The notes under the pieces were generated by a model that saw only the letters and a program-made list of their open reading frames with translations, was not told the origin of the DNA and did not search any database. Of a stretch of DNA of 64,000 nucleotides, positions 28,752-37,531 are shown one piece after another. Position 1 is the stretch's first letter. Every line of letters begins with the position of its first letter. A program made the position numbers and the translations under genes. Source of the DNA: Dehalococcoidia bacterium (GTDB lineage: Bacteria; Chloroflexota; Dehalococcoidia; Lucifugimonadales; Lucifugimonadaceae); contig OZ242209.1 in the NCBI GenBank assembly GCA_965206335.1, forward strand, positions 1,716,116 to 1,780,115, in the 5' to 3' direction.

Positions 28752-28946
28752 TTGGTAGAAGTTAAATTGAATGAAGGTGAGTCCTTCGATTCTATGCTGC
28801 GGAGGTTTTCCAAGCAGGTATCGCAGGATATGGTGTTGGCTGAGATACGGAAGAGGCAGTATTTCGAGTCACCTACTAGCTTAAGGAAAAAGTTGGCCGC
28901 AGCCAAACTACGTAAATCTGTTAAAACTACTGAAAAATACGCCTGA
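28752..28946 (+). CDS. rpsU: 30S ribosomal protein S21
   Basis: VEVKLNEGESFDSMLRRFSKQV...RKRQYFESPT..KKLAAAKLRK is S21. TTG 28752 is preceded by agagagaaggaaag. The listed ORF start at 28629 adds 41 implausible residues. Confidence 0.85.
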   Translation: MVEVKLNEGESFDSMLRRFSKQVSQDMVLAEIRKRQYFESPTSLRKKLAAAKLRKSVKTTEKYA

Positions 28947-28955
28947 TACCGATAT

Positions 28956-29684
28956 ATGAAGTTCGGTATTGTTGTTTTTCCCGGTACATGGAGCGACGAT
29001 GATACGCGTTATGCGCTGAGCAGAATAGGTCAGACGTCCAGATACGTATGGCACACGGAGGATGACTTGAGTGACGTGGACGCTGTTATTTTGCCGGGTG
29101 GGTTTGCTTACGGGGATTATTTGAGACCGGGTGCTATCGCTAGATTTTCTCCGGTTATGTCCGCCGTTAAAGTTTTTGCGAAGGATGGTAACCCTGTTTT
29201 GGGGGTTTGTAACGGGTTCCAAGTGCTTTGCGAAGCAGGACTTCTGCCGGGTGCTCTGGTGAGGAATAAGCATCTGCGTTTCCGCTGTGAATGGGTACAC
29301 CTGCATATAGAGAACCCGCACACTCTGTTCACACGTTCCGCAGCTCGCGAAAAGGGGGTACTTCATATACCTATATCTCACGGTGAAGGAAGTTATCAGG
29401 CGGATGGCGAGACTTTGAGGATGTTGGAGAAGGAGCAACGAATTTTGTTCAGATACTCCTCACCACAGGGAGAAATAAGCGCGGAATGGAATCCCAACGG
29501 ATCCGCAGGAAATATAGCGGGAATAATGAATGCTAGAGGCAACGTTTTAGGAATGATGCCGCATCCTGAACGAGCATGTGAAGAGGTACTGGGCGGAGAT
29601 GACGGTAATTTGATATTCCACTCGATTGTAGATAATATTGGCGGTATGAGAAGGCAGGCTGAAAGGCAAGACGCGGTAGGTTAG
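28956..29684 (+). CDS. purQ: Phosphoribosylformylglycinamidine synthase, glutaminase subunit
   Basis: It is a class I amidotransferase with the nucleophile elbow GVCNGFQ and MPHPER. Confidence 0.9.
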   Translation: MKFGIVVFPGTWSDDDTRYALSRIGQTSRYVWHTEDDLSDVDAVILPGGFAYGDYLRPGAIARFSPVMSAVKVFAKDGNPVLGVCNGFQVLCEAGLLPGALVRNKHLRFRCEWVHLHIENPHTLFTRSAAREKGVLHIPISHGEGSYQADGETLRMLEKEQRILFRYSSPQGEISAEWNPNGSAGNIAGIMNARGNVLGMMPHPERACEEVLGGDDGNLIFHSIVDNIGGMRRQAERQDAVG

Positions 29685-29686
29685 AG

Positions 29687-31915
29687 ATGAATCTCTATGA
29701 GAACTATCTAGCAGATACTATTCTCTCTATGTCCGAGTATGAAGCGATAACCGATCGCTTAGGACGTGAGCCCGAACTTTTGGAGTTGGGTCTTTTTGAG
29801 GCTATGTGGAGCGAACACTGCGGGTATAAATATAGCCGAGCTCTTCTGAAGAAGCTGCCGAAAGAATCGAACCGACTGCTTGTGAAGCCGGGCGAGGAAA
29901 ACGCCGGAGTAATAAAAATAAATGACTATACGGCGGTTATCTTTAAAGTGGAATCCCATAATCACCCTACGGCTGTGGAACCGTATCAAGGAGCGGCTAC
30001 CGGCGTGGGCGGTATCGTAAGGGATATATTAGCGATGGGTGCTCGCCCTATTGCGCTGATGAATTCGCTACGTTTTGGCGACCCGACAACGGATAAGCAG
30101 CGCCGTTTGCTCGATGGTGCGGTATACGGTATTGCCGATTACGGTAACTGCATAGGCGTGCCAAATGTGGGCGGAGAGATTTTTTTCGATGATGCGTATA
30201 AGGGAAATCCTCTTGTAAATGTTATGTGTGTTGGGCTCATACAAGGAGGTCGCATCCTGTCAGCGAAAGCGAATGCGCCGGGGGATTTGCTGTTATTGGT
30301 AGGTTCGGAAACAGGTAGGGATGGTATACACGGAGCATCTCGGTTAGCTTCACGCACATTGACTGAGCAAAAGGGTGAACGATCCGCCGTTCAAGTTGGC
30401 GATCCGTTTACGGAAAAATGTCTGATAGAGGCATGCCTAGAAGTTGCCAATATGTCGGAAGTGGTAGGTATGCAAGATTGCGGAGCGGCGGGGATAACTT
30501 CCGGTGCCGTAGAGATGGCTTATCGCTCCGGCATGGGTATAGAGATAGACATAGATATGGTGCCAAGACGAGAGGGCGGGATGACACCTTACGAAGTGCT
30601 CTTATCGGAATCTCAGGAACGTATGCTGCTGGCAGTGAAGCCCGGTAAAGAGGATGCGGTCATTGAAATATTTCGCAAGTGGAACTTGAAAGAGGCCGTA
30701 ATAGGGCGCTTCACCGAGAATTGTGAAGTGGTGATAAAGGAAGGCAAAAGGTCGCTCATCACTACACCGGTGGATGTGCTTGCGGATCCCCCTCAGTATA
30801 CATTCGATACGCGAAAGCCGGACAGCTTGATTCATCTGCAATCGGCGGACCCATCCAATCTGCCACTGCCCAAAGATTCCCCCGCGAAGATACTTCTGCG
30901 ATTGCTTGCATCCCCTAACATTGCCTCTAAGCAAGCCGTATTTAGGCAATATGATCACCAAGTGCAAAATAACACCTTACTTCCTCCGGGTGCCGATTCT
31001 GCCGTGCTGCGGTTCAAGAACATCCCTGAAGGCTTGGCAGTCACGCTCGATGGAAACGGCAGATTATGCCACTTGGACCCTCGCATAGGTGCTTCTATAG
31101 CGGTAGCGGAGGCATGCCGAAATCTTTCGGTATGCGGTGCAGAACCTATAGCAATAACAAACGGTTTGAATCTCGGTAACCCTGAGACGGATGAAGTAAG
31201 GTATCAATTGCGTGAGGTTATCCTCGGTATAAGTGACGCTGCTCTCACTTTAGGGGTTCCGGTGGTGAGCGGCAATGTTAGCCTTTACAATGAGACGGAA
31301 GAGACGGCTATACTGCCAACGCCTATCATTGGTGCGGTCGGTTTACTGGAAAACGCGGCTACATACATTTCGCCGAAATTTCGGAATGCAGGGGATGTCA
31401 TAGTACTGTTAGGGACTCATCACGCGTGGGATGGTGCGAGCGGTTTACCGGGTAGCGAGTATGTATCTATGGAGCACAATCGCAGCGAAGGTAAACCGGC
31501 GCTAGATCTGCAATTGGAAAAGATGCTTCAGAGTCTATGCCGTAAAGCAATACGAGCGGGATTGATAAAGTCTGCGCATGATTGTTCGGAAGGCGGCTTG
31601 GCGGTAACAATCGCCGAATGCGCGATTATGGGGGGGATCGGTGCCACTCTAGAAATACCGCTGCCCTCTCGTTGGGATGCCGCCATGTTCGGTGAAACAC
31701 AATCGCGAGTCGTTGCGACACTAAAGGAAAAGGATATCAATGCTTTCAGAGGGATGGCGGCAGAAGCGGGCATGGATTGGGTACGTATCGGAACGATAGG
31801 CGGAGAATCTTTACGAATAGGCGGCACAGTAGAGGTTCCTCTATCGGAAGCGGCGAAGGTGTGGGAGTACAGCTTTCAGAGTATAACGGGTATCGGGGGG
31901 AATACCGAAGCGTAA
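29687..31915 (+). CDS. purL: Phosphoribosylformylglycinamidine synthase subunit II
   Basis: The sequence is PurL-like throughout (KVESHNHPTAVEPYQGAATGVGG ...), 742 aa, and the gene follows purQ. Confidence 0.95.
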   Translation: MNLYENYLADTILSMSEYEAITDRLGREPELLELGLFEAMWSEHCGYKYSRALLKKLPKESNRLLVKPGEENAGVIKINDYTAVIFKVESHNHPTAVEPYQGAATGVGGIVRDILAMGARPIALMNSLRFGDPTTDKQRRLLDGAVYGIADYGNCIGVPNVGGEIFFDDAYKGNPLVNVMCVGLIQGGRILSAKANAPGDLLLLVGSETGRDGIHGASRLASRTLTEQKGERSAVQVGDPFTEKCLIEACLEVANMSEVVGMQDCGAAGITSGAVEMAYRSGMGIEIDIDMVPRREGGMTPYEVLLSESQERMLLAVKPGKEDAVIEIFRKWNLKEAVIGRFTENCEVVIKEGKRSLITTPVDVLADPPQYTFDTRKPDSLIHLQSADPSNLPLPKDSPAKILLRLLASPNIASKQAVFRQYDHQVQNNTLLPPGADSAVLRFKNIPEGLAVTLDGNGRLCHLDPRIGASIAVAEACRNLSVCGAEPIAITNGLNLGNPETDEVRYQLREVILGISDAALTLGVPVVSGNVSLYNETEETAILPTPIIGAVGLLENAATYISPKFRNAGDVIVLLGTHHAWDGASGLPGSEYVSMEHNRSEGKPALDLQLEKMLQSLCRKAIRAGLIKSAHDCSEGGLAVTIAECAIMGGIGATLEIPLPSRWDAAMFGETQSRVVATLKEKDINAFRGMAAEAGMDWVRIGTIGGESLRIGGTVEVPLSEAAKVWEYSFQSITGIGGNTEA

Positions 31916-31928
31916 TTAAAATGTGCTC

Positions 31929-32018
31929 TCAATGCCCCGCGCAGGAGGATGCCAGCAACCCAAACACGGCTATCGTCAGTAGAAGAAGTGTGTATCCTAT
32001 AATGCTTCGTCTTTTCAT
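31929..32018 (-). pseudogene. Lipoprotein signal-peptide remnant (29 codons)
   Basis: The minus-strand translation is MKRRSIIGYTLLLLTIAVFGLLASSCAGH followed by a stop. It is almost identical to the N-terminus of ORF 33196-34089. Confidence 0.7.
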
Positions 32019-32037
32019 GGTTGTCTACTCCCAGAGT

Positions 32038-32892
32038 TCACTCCTCCGTAGACGCTATAACATACTCATAGTCAGTGCCGGGAACCTTCACCGTTCTAGA
32101 GGGCAAATACTCTTCTATATACTTATCCGGCAACTCCGAGTATGCAGAAAGCAACATATTAGCGAATGAAAAGTGCCTATCCGAAAGCATCTTGTACCTA
32201 GATACAAACTCCTCCTTGTCCACGTCCACCTTGTCATAGCCATACTTATAGTACGCCTCCACTCCTGAGTATGTCCATACATCTACGTAATCCGCTAATC
32301 TATACACAACATAGTATGCAGCCTCTTCCCCGGATAACGTCAAGCTCTTCACCTCATCCGGTTCGGGTCGATAAGAGAATAACTTCCGAAACCTAATTTC
32401 TTTATAGTTAGGTACATCGGGTCCTTCTCCTTCATAGGATGCGGTGAAAGTGAAAGGGTCATGCTCCCGTATGGATGACAGTACAAGCTCATACACCTCA
32501 TTCTGAGCTTCTACTATACGGCTCTCCCACACACACTCCTTGTAGGATTTCGTTACCGCTATATGCTCTATATTCCGCTCCAGCGCAGCAGTAGCACTCC
32601 TCACGGGCGTCTCAGCAAGCATTCTTATGTACCCGAGTGCCTCTTCATTGCTCCCGTAGGTGAAGCCGCGCCCGCTCAGACAGCTCAGAAATGCTTCATT
32701 CGCCTTCTTCCAACCCGCATGAGTCGACGGATCGAACTCCGAAAGCACTTGACTGAACGCCTCCGGTCCTACCACATCCGCTCTATCACCGTCTCTAGGA
32801 AAAACTTGCTTCACGCACTCCTTCGCTATGGGGTGATTCGATCGAATCAACACAGCCGCGGGAGCATCCACTTCGGGACGCTGCTCTTTCAC
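32038..32892 (-). CDS. Hypothetical protein (probably the C-terminal part of a frameshifted lipoprotein gene)
   Basis: The frame stays open for 67 further codons upstream of the listed GTG, without a start codon. The C-terminal ~88 aa are duplicated in ORF 34109-34510. Confidence 0.5.
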   Translation of the reverse strand: MKEQRPEVDAPAAVLIRSNHPIAKECVKQVFPRDGDRADVVGPEAFSQVLSEFDPSTHAGWKKANEAFLSCLSGRGFTYGSNEEALGYIRMLAETPVRSATAALERNIEHIAVTKSYKECVWESRIVEAQNEVYELVLSSIREHDPFTFTASYEGEGPDVPNYKEIRFRKLFSYRPEPDEVKSLTLSGEEAAYYVVYRLADYVDVWTYSGVEAYYKYGYDKVDVDKEEFVSRYKMLSDRHFSFANMLLSAYSELPDKYIEEYLPSRTVKVPGTDYEYVIASTEE

Positions 32893-33195
32893 ACATTCTA
32901 CTATCTGTTCGCGCCTGAGCTCTCCAAGGGTAAGAATATGACTGCGGGCAACGGATATCTTCTCATTAATGCTTGCTAGACATTCATCGGCGCTCGCCCA
33001 TATTGTTCTTCTATTACCTATGCAGTCTTCAGTCCACCTAATCTTCCGCGTACCCTTTATCCAGATTATATATCTGTTGGATGCTTGCCCTGTCTATAAG
33101 TGCAAACTCCGCCTCGCAATCCTCTTCACTTCCGCCTCCCGCCATACACTCCGTAATCGTTTCTCGCTCAAAGTTCTCCAAGGATGACCTCTCAG

Positions 33196-34089
33196 TTAGC
33201 TTCTTCTCTTCGGGAGCGGGAGGTTCGTCTGATGAACCCTGCAGCGGAGGTACCGGATGAGTGTAGCCTGCGGGCGGCTCCGACGGAAGTCTGTCCGGAA
33301 CGGGGAGAAGCCTGTGTAGTCTTTCAGGGTTTTTATACAGGTGTATGTAGCCCGTGCTCTCCAGCAGTTCCGATACTTCAGCATGCCGGATAACGTTATC
33401 TGTTGGAACTGTTCATCTCCGGACGCATTCTCGCCAATCTTTATAGTGTGCTCCTCTCTAGTACGCATCGCAGAAAGCACCGTATTGTCTAACTCACCCA
33501 GAACCTCCGTAAGGCCGCTCTTGAGGTAACAGTTGTTGTATGCCTTGTAAGCCGTTATCTCCAGCTCACGGGCGCTCACACGAGCATCCCAGATATTGCC
33601 TTTCTCCTCGTACACACTAGCCTGCTTCTTCTCCAAATCCGAAAACAGATCACCCTTATCCGCGTATGAGTATTCGTACCCTTCACGGCTCATACATTCA
33701 GCCCATGTGCCGGATGCTTTCCGATACCCTTCGTGAGTATCCGTATCTATCAGTTCCGAATAAGTTTTGTTGAAAAGGTTCCCAAGAAGAATATATGAGT
33801 AGATCAGCTCGGTGTACGCCGCCGTATAACAGTCGCCTTCTTCCGCATCGGGGTTGTTCTTCAGGCACTCTTCATAAGCGTTGTAGGCAAATTGACCGAA
33901 GGCGGTAAACTCTTCGTCTTCGGATTGTTTGCGCAGATCTTCGTAACGTTTGTAATCAGCTTCGGATATCTCCTTTTCCTGCGCTGAAATAACCGAAGAT
34001 TCGCGCCCCGAGCAGGAGGACGCCAGCAGCCCAAACACGGCTATCGTCAGTAGAAGAAGTGTGTATCCTATAATGCTTCGTCTTTTCAT
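33196..34089 (-). CDS. Lipoprotein, unknown function (probably the N-terminal part of the same disrupted gene)
   Basis: The signal peptide has a lipobox (LLASSC). The last ~60 residues are Arg/Cys-rich junk, while another frame is open and protein-like over the same stretch. Confidence 0.55.
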   Translation of the reverse strand: MKRRSIIGYTLLLLTIAVFGLLASSCSGRESSVISAQEKEISEADYKRYEDLRKQSEDEEFTAFGQFAYNAYEECLKNNPDAEEGDCYTAAYTELIYSYILLGNLFNKTYSELIDTDTHEGYRKASGTWAECMSREGYEYSYADKGDLFSDLEKKQASVYEEKGNIWDARVSARELEITAYKAYNNCYLKSGLTEVLGELDNTVLSAMRTREEHTIKIGENASGDEQFQQITLSGMLKYRNCWRARATYTCIKTLKDYTGFSPFRTDFRRSRPQATLIRYLRCRVHQTNLPLPKRRS

Positions 34090-34108
34090 GGTTGTACACT
34101 CACCGAGA

Positions 34109-34510
34109 TCACTCCTCCGTAGGCGCTATAACATACTCATAATCAGTGCCGGGAACCTTCACTGTTCTAGAGGGCAAATACTCTTCTATATACTTATCCG
34201 GCAACTTTGAGTATGCCGAAAGTAGCATATTGTCGAATGAAAAGTGCCTATCAGGAAGCATCTTGTACCTAGAGATAAACTCCTCCTTGTCCACGTCCAC
34301 CTTGTCATAGCCATACTTGTAGTACGCCTCCACTCCGGAGTATGCCCATATAGCTACGTAATCCGCTATGGGCATAAAACGCCCCGCATAAACGCTTTTG
34401 GCTTGCTCATTGCTTTGCATATCTCTCAAATAGTGTAATACGTAAAGTGAAAGCACCATGCAGTATAGCATCATTATACACATTTGGAAATAAATGTCAA
34501 GAGATTTCAA
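34109..34510 (-). pseudogene. 3' fragment of another copy of the 32038-32892 gene
   Basis: The last ~88 aa (DYVAIWAYSGVEAYYKYGYDKVDVDKEEF...VPGTDYEYVIAPTEE) are ~90% identical to the end of ORF 32038-32892. The preceding residues are unrelated. Confidence 0.65.
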
Positions 34511-34513
34511 GCG

Positions 34514-34605
34514 TTTTTTCTATCGCGTACCAAAGTGTCTTGGCATAGACGGAGGTATTATACTTAATACTTGAGTAGGTCTCTTTTATTTCGAGAGATA
34601 AATCA
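34514..34605 (+). repeat. ~90-nt intergenic element, copy A (copy B at 36549-36638)
   Basis: By eye, the alignment ttttttcta...cttgg(c/t)a..ga.g.ga(g/a)ggta(t/c)tatact..aatacttga...ggtct.tttatttc...taaatca matches at roughly three quarters or more of positions. Confidence 0.6.
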
Positions 34606-34625
34606 ATTTTATGAGGATAAAACAA

Positions 34626-34997
34626 ATGCCGATATACGACTACGATTGCACATCCTGCGGACATGGCTTTGAACTTAGGAAGAGTTGGAGCGAAGGTCCA
34701 GTGGCTATGTGCCCTCTATGCGGTGCGCAGGCGCGTAAAAAGTTCGCCATTCCCACCATTGTTTACAAAGGTTCCGGCTTCTATACCACGGACAACCGCT
34801 CATCCTACGGATCAGGCGGATCAGGAAGCTCCGGCGGCACGGACAGCGGCAACGTTACCGATAAGAACAAGCCGCCTAGTTCCGGTAACGGCAAGGTTGG
34901 AGAGAACAAGTCGGCTGAAAAGAAGGAAAATTCCGGCTCGGTCAAGGATAACACTTCCGCTAATAAAGGGGGTAACGGCACGGATAAGAGCGGCTGA
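34626..34997 (+). CDS. FmdB-family zinc-ribbon protein with a Gly/Ser-rich tail
   Basis: The sequence MPIYDYDCTSCGHGFE...CPLCG...GSGFYTTD fits the family. The RBS gagga lies 8 nt upstream of ATG 34626. Confidence 0.8.
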   Translation: MPIYDYDCTSCGHGFELRKSWSEGPVAMCPLCGAQARKKFAIPTIVYKGSGFYTTDNRSSYGSGGSGSSGGTDSGNVTDKNKPPSSGNGKVGENKSAEKKENSGSVKDNTSANKGGNGTDKSG

Positions 34998-35002
34998 TAC
35001 CG

Positions 35003-35473
35003 ATGCGGGCGGTAATACAGCGAGTAGATTCAGGCGGCGTAAGCATAGCAAATAATACGGTAGCCGCTATAGAACGAGGGCTAGTGCTTCTGATAGGTAT
35101 AACGCACAACGATACCGATGATGACGCACGAAGGATTGTGGATAAAACCTTGAACCTGCGCATTTTCCCTTCCGAAGACGGCACGTCCGGTTTTGATCTT
35201 GCCGTGAAAGATATAGGAGGCAGTCTGCTTCTGGTAAGCCAGTTCACTCTATATGCAAGCACACGCAAAGGAAAAAGGCCGGGTTTCATGAATGCCGCAC
35301 GGCAGGATTTCGCAGAGCCTATGTTTCGGAAAGTTGTGGAGATGTTCCGCGAAAGTGGGCTGGATGTAAAGACGGGTGTTTTCGGTGCGATGATGAAGGT
35401 ATCGATAGAAAATAACGGACCCGCAACTTTTATACTGGACTCTGAAGAATTGAAGGCTGCTCGTTCAAGTTAA
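35003..35473 (+). CDS. dtd: D-aminoacyl-tRNA deacylase
   Basis: The motifs MRAVIQRV, SQFTLYA and GKRPGF are present, and the size (~150 aa) fits. Confidence 0.9.
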   Translation: MRAVIQRVDSGGVSIANNTVAAIERGLVLLIGITHNDTDDDARRIVDKTLNLRIFPSEDGTSGFDLAVKDIGGSLLLVSQFTLYASTRKGKRPGFMNAARQDFAEPMFRKVVEMFRESGLDVKTGVFGAMMKVSIENNGPATFILDSEELKAARSS

Positions 35474-35494
35474 CGCAACAGAGTCTATTGATGG

Positions 35495-36319
35495 ATGAAG
35501 GTAGATAATCCCATGAATGAAAAACTTACGACCCTCGTCACCGGTGCTTCGTCCGGCATAGGCAAGGAGATAGCCAAGAAACTACGGGGAGAAGGCTACA
35601 CGGTTTACGGTGCCGCGCGCAGGCTCGAAAAGATGAGGGACATTGAGGCATTGGGCATTATCCCGCTTGCGATGGATATAACTAAAGATGAAGAGGTAGT
35701 AGGTGTAGTGAATCGGATAGCCGAAGAGCAAGGAGGGGTGGATGTTCTTATCAACAATGCCGGCTTTGGCTTGTATGGGGCTATGGAGGATACCGCTCTA
35801 GATGATGCCCGCTACCAGTTTGAGGTGAACCTATTCGGGCTTGCTCGTGTAACTCAGTTAGTGCTGCCCTACATGAGGGAGAAGCGAGCCGGTAAGATAA
35901 TCAATATCTCGTCTGTGGGTGGGAAGATCTATACTCCGCTGGGTTCTTGGTATCATGCTACCAAACATGCCCTAGAGGGGTGGTCCGACTGCCTGAGGTC
36001 TGAGGTCGCTCATTTTGGCATAAAGGTCATAATAATCGAACCCGGACTCATCCGCACCGAGTTCGGTGATGTAATGAGATCGCCAATGATAGAACGTTCG
36101 GGCAAATCCGCTTATGCCGGATTAGTACGCAAGATGGAGAGTGTTCAATTAAGCGGTTCGCCGCCGTCGGTCATCGCAGAAGCGGTCTTGAAGGCGCTGA
36201 ATGCTAAGAAACCTCGCACTCGTTATGTAGCGGGCAAGTACGCCAAACCTTTAATCGCCGCGCGAAAGTGGCTTGGCGACGGTGCATTCGACATGATCAT
36301 CCGCCGAATGATGCGCTGA
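35495..36319 (+). CDS. Short-chain dehydrogenase/reductase
   Basis: It has the TGASSGIG cofactor motif, NNAG and the catalytic YHATK. Confidence 0.85.
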   Translation: MKVDNPMNEKLTTLVTGASSGIGKEIAKKLRGEGYTVYGAARRLEKMRDIEALGIIPLAMDITKDEEVVGVVNRIAEEQGGVDVLINNAGFGLYGAMEDTALDDARYQFEVNLFGLARVTQLVLPYMREKRAGKIINISSVGGKIYTPLGSWYHATKHALEGWSDCLRSEVAHFGIKVIIIEPGLIRTEFGDVMRSPMIERSGKSAYAGLVRKMESVQLSGSPPSVIAEAVLKALNAKKPRTRYVAGKYAKPLIAARKWLGDGAFDMIIRRMMR

Positions 36320-36630
36320 TTCCAAGATCGGTACCAGCCCGTACACCTCCTATAAATTTTCTTTGAAATGATACACCTTATTATCGATTTCAGTTAATCT
36401 CTTTTCTTAAACCTTGTCAAGCATTATTTTTCCACATAGACGGAAATTTTCATTCCGCCCTTATAACCGGCGCTTCAATCCACTAAATGGCAACGCCTTA
36501 ATGATAACTTGTATGAATTAATGTCACGTATTTGTATTTTCAGGCAACTTTTTTCTACCCTCTATAAAACCTCTTGGTAGATGTGAAGGTACTATACTCA
36601 AATACTTGAATGGGTCTTTTATTTCAATAA

Positions 36631-37512
36631 CTAAATCAGGCAACCTCTCGGTAGCACCTCTAGCGATATATCCAAGGCAGGCGCCGAATGTGTCGGCGCA
36701 CCTACGGAAATTATATCTACACCTGCTTTGGCTACTTCGGCTACGTTGTCCAGCGTAATCCTTCCGGAGGCTTCCAGAATACACATTCCCTTTGCCGCTT
36801 CGGTTACCTTGCGCATATCTTGCGGCGTCATATTGTCCAGCAGTATTGCATCCGCTCCGGAGTGAAGAGTTTCTAGCGCCGCGTCTACGGTATCGACTTC
36901 TACCTCTATTTTCAGGGTATGTGGCACGCGGTCCCGAGCCAGCGTTACAATCTCTCTAATGCTCATGCCCTGCGCTGTCAGTGCCGCTATGTGATTGTCC
37001 TTTATAAGCACTCCATCTGACAAACCGAAACGATGGTTATGCCCTCCGCCTACCAAAACGGCGTATTTATCCAAAGCGCGAAGCCCGGGTGCCGTTTTGC
37101 GAGTGTCCACTATTTTGCTACGTCCACCGACCGCTTCTACGAATTTAGAGGTAAGGGTAGCTATTCCGCTCATACGCTGCATAAAGTTCAATGCGGTGCG
37201 TTCCGCAACGAGTATGGATGCAAGCGTTCCGGAAATTTTCGCAAGGACTTGACCCGCGCTACAAAGTTTGCCGTCGGGCGTTTCAATATGGAACTGCAAG
37301 TCGGGGTCTACTCTGTGGAATACAAGGGCTGCCATCTCTATCCCAGCCGATACGCCCCGCTCTCTAACGATTATCTGAGCTTCGGCTTTCATTTGTGGCG
37401 GGATGAGAGCAACGGTAGTAACATCACCATTCGGCAAATCTTCACGCAGGGCTGCTTTTATAGCGGATTCTGCAACGGATAACGGCACCTGCGCCATATT
37501 GTGAAATCTCAT
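36631..37512 (-). CDS. nadC: Nicotinate-nucleotide pyrophosphorylase (quinolinate phosphoribosyltransferase)
   Basis: The sequence is NadC-like throughout (..DTRKTAPGLR..KYAV..GGG.NHR..L.D..LIKDNH..), and the gene follows nadA. Confidence 0.85.
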   Translation of the reverse strand: MRFHNMAQVPLSVAESAIKAALREDLPNGDVTTVALIPPQMKAEAQIIVRERGVSAGIEMAALVFHRVDPDLQFHIETPDGKLCSAGQVLAKISGTLASILVAERTALNFMQRMSGIATLTSKFVEAVGGRSKIVDTRKTAPGLRALDKYAVLVGGGHNHRFGLSDGVLIKDNHIAALTAQGMSIREIVTLARDRVPHTLKIEVEVDTVDAALETLHSGADAILLDNMTPQDMRKVTEAAKGMCILEASGRITLDNVAEVAKAGVDIISVGAPTHSAPALDISLEVLPRGCLI

Positions 37513-37531
37513 TTTTTGAGATAGCCGCCTC

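Noticed and set aside
33184-33393. + strand ORFs 33184-33393 and 32969-33187 in the gap between the two lipoprotein-locus ORFs
   Set aside because: They lie opposite minus-strand frames that read as genuine protein and connect the flanking ORFs, so they are most likely shadows.
34540-34560. Sigma-54 promoter suggested by TGGCAT in cttggcatagacgg
   Set aside because: There is no TTGC-type -12 element at the required spacing.
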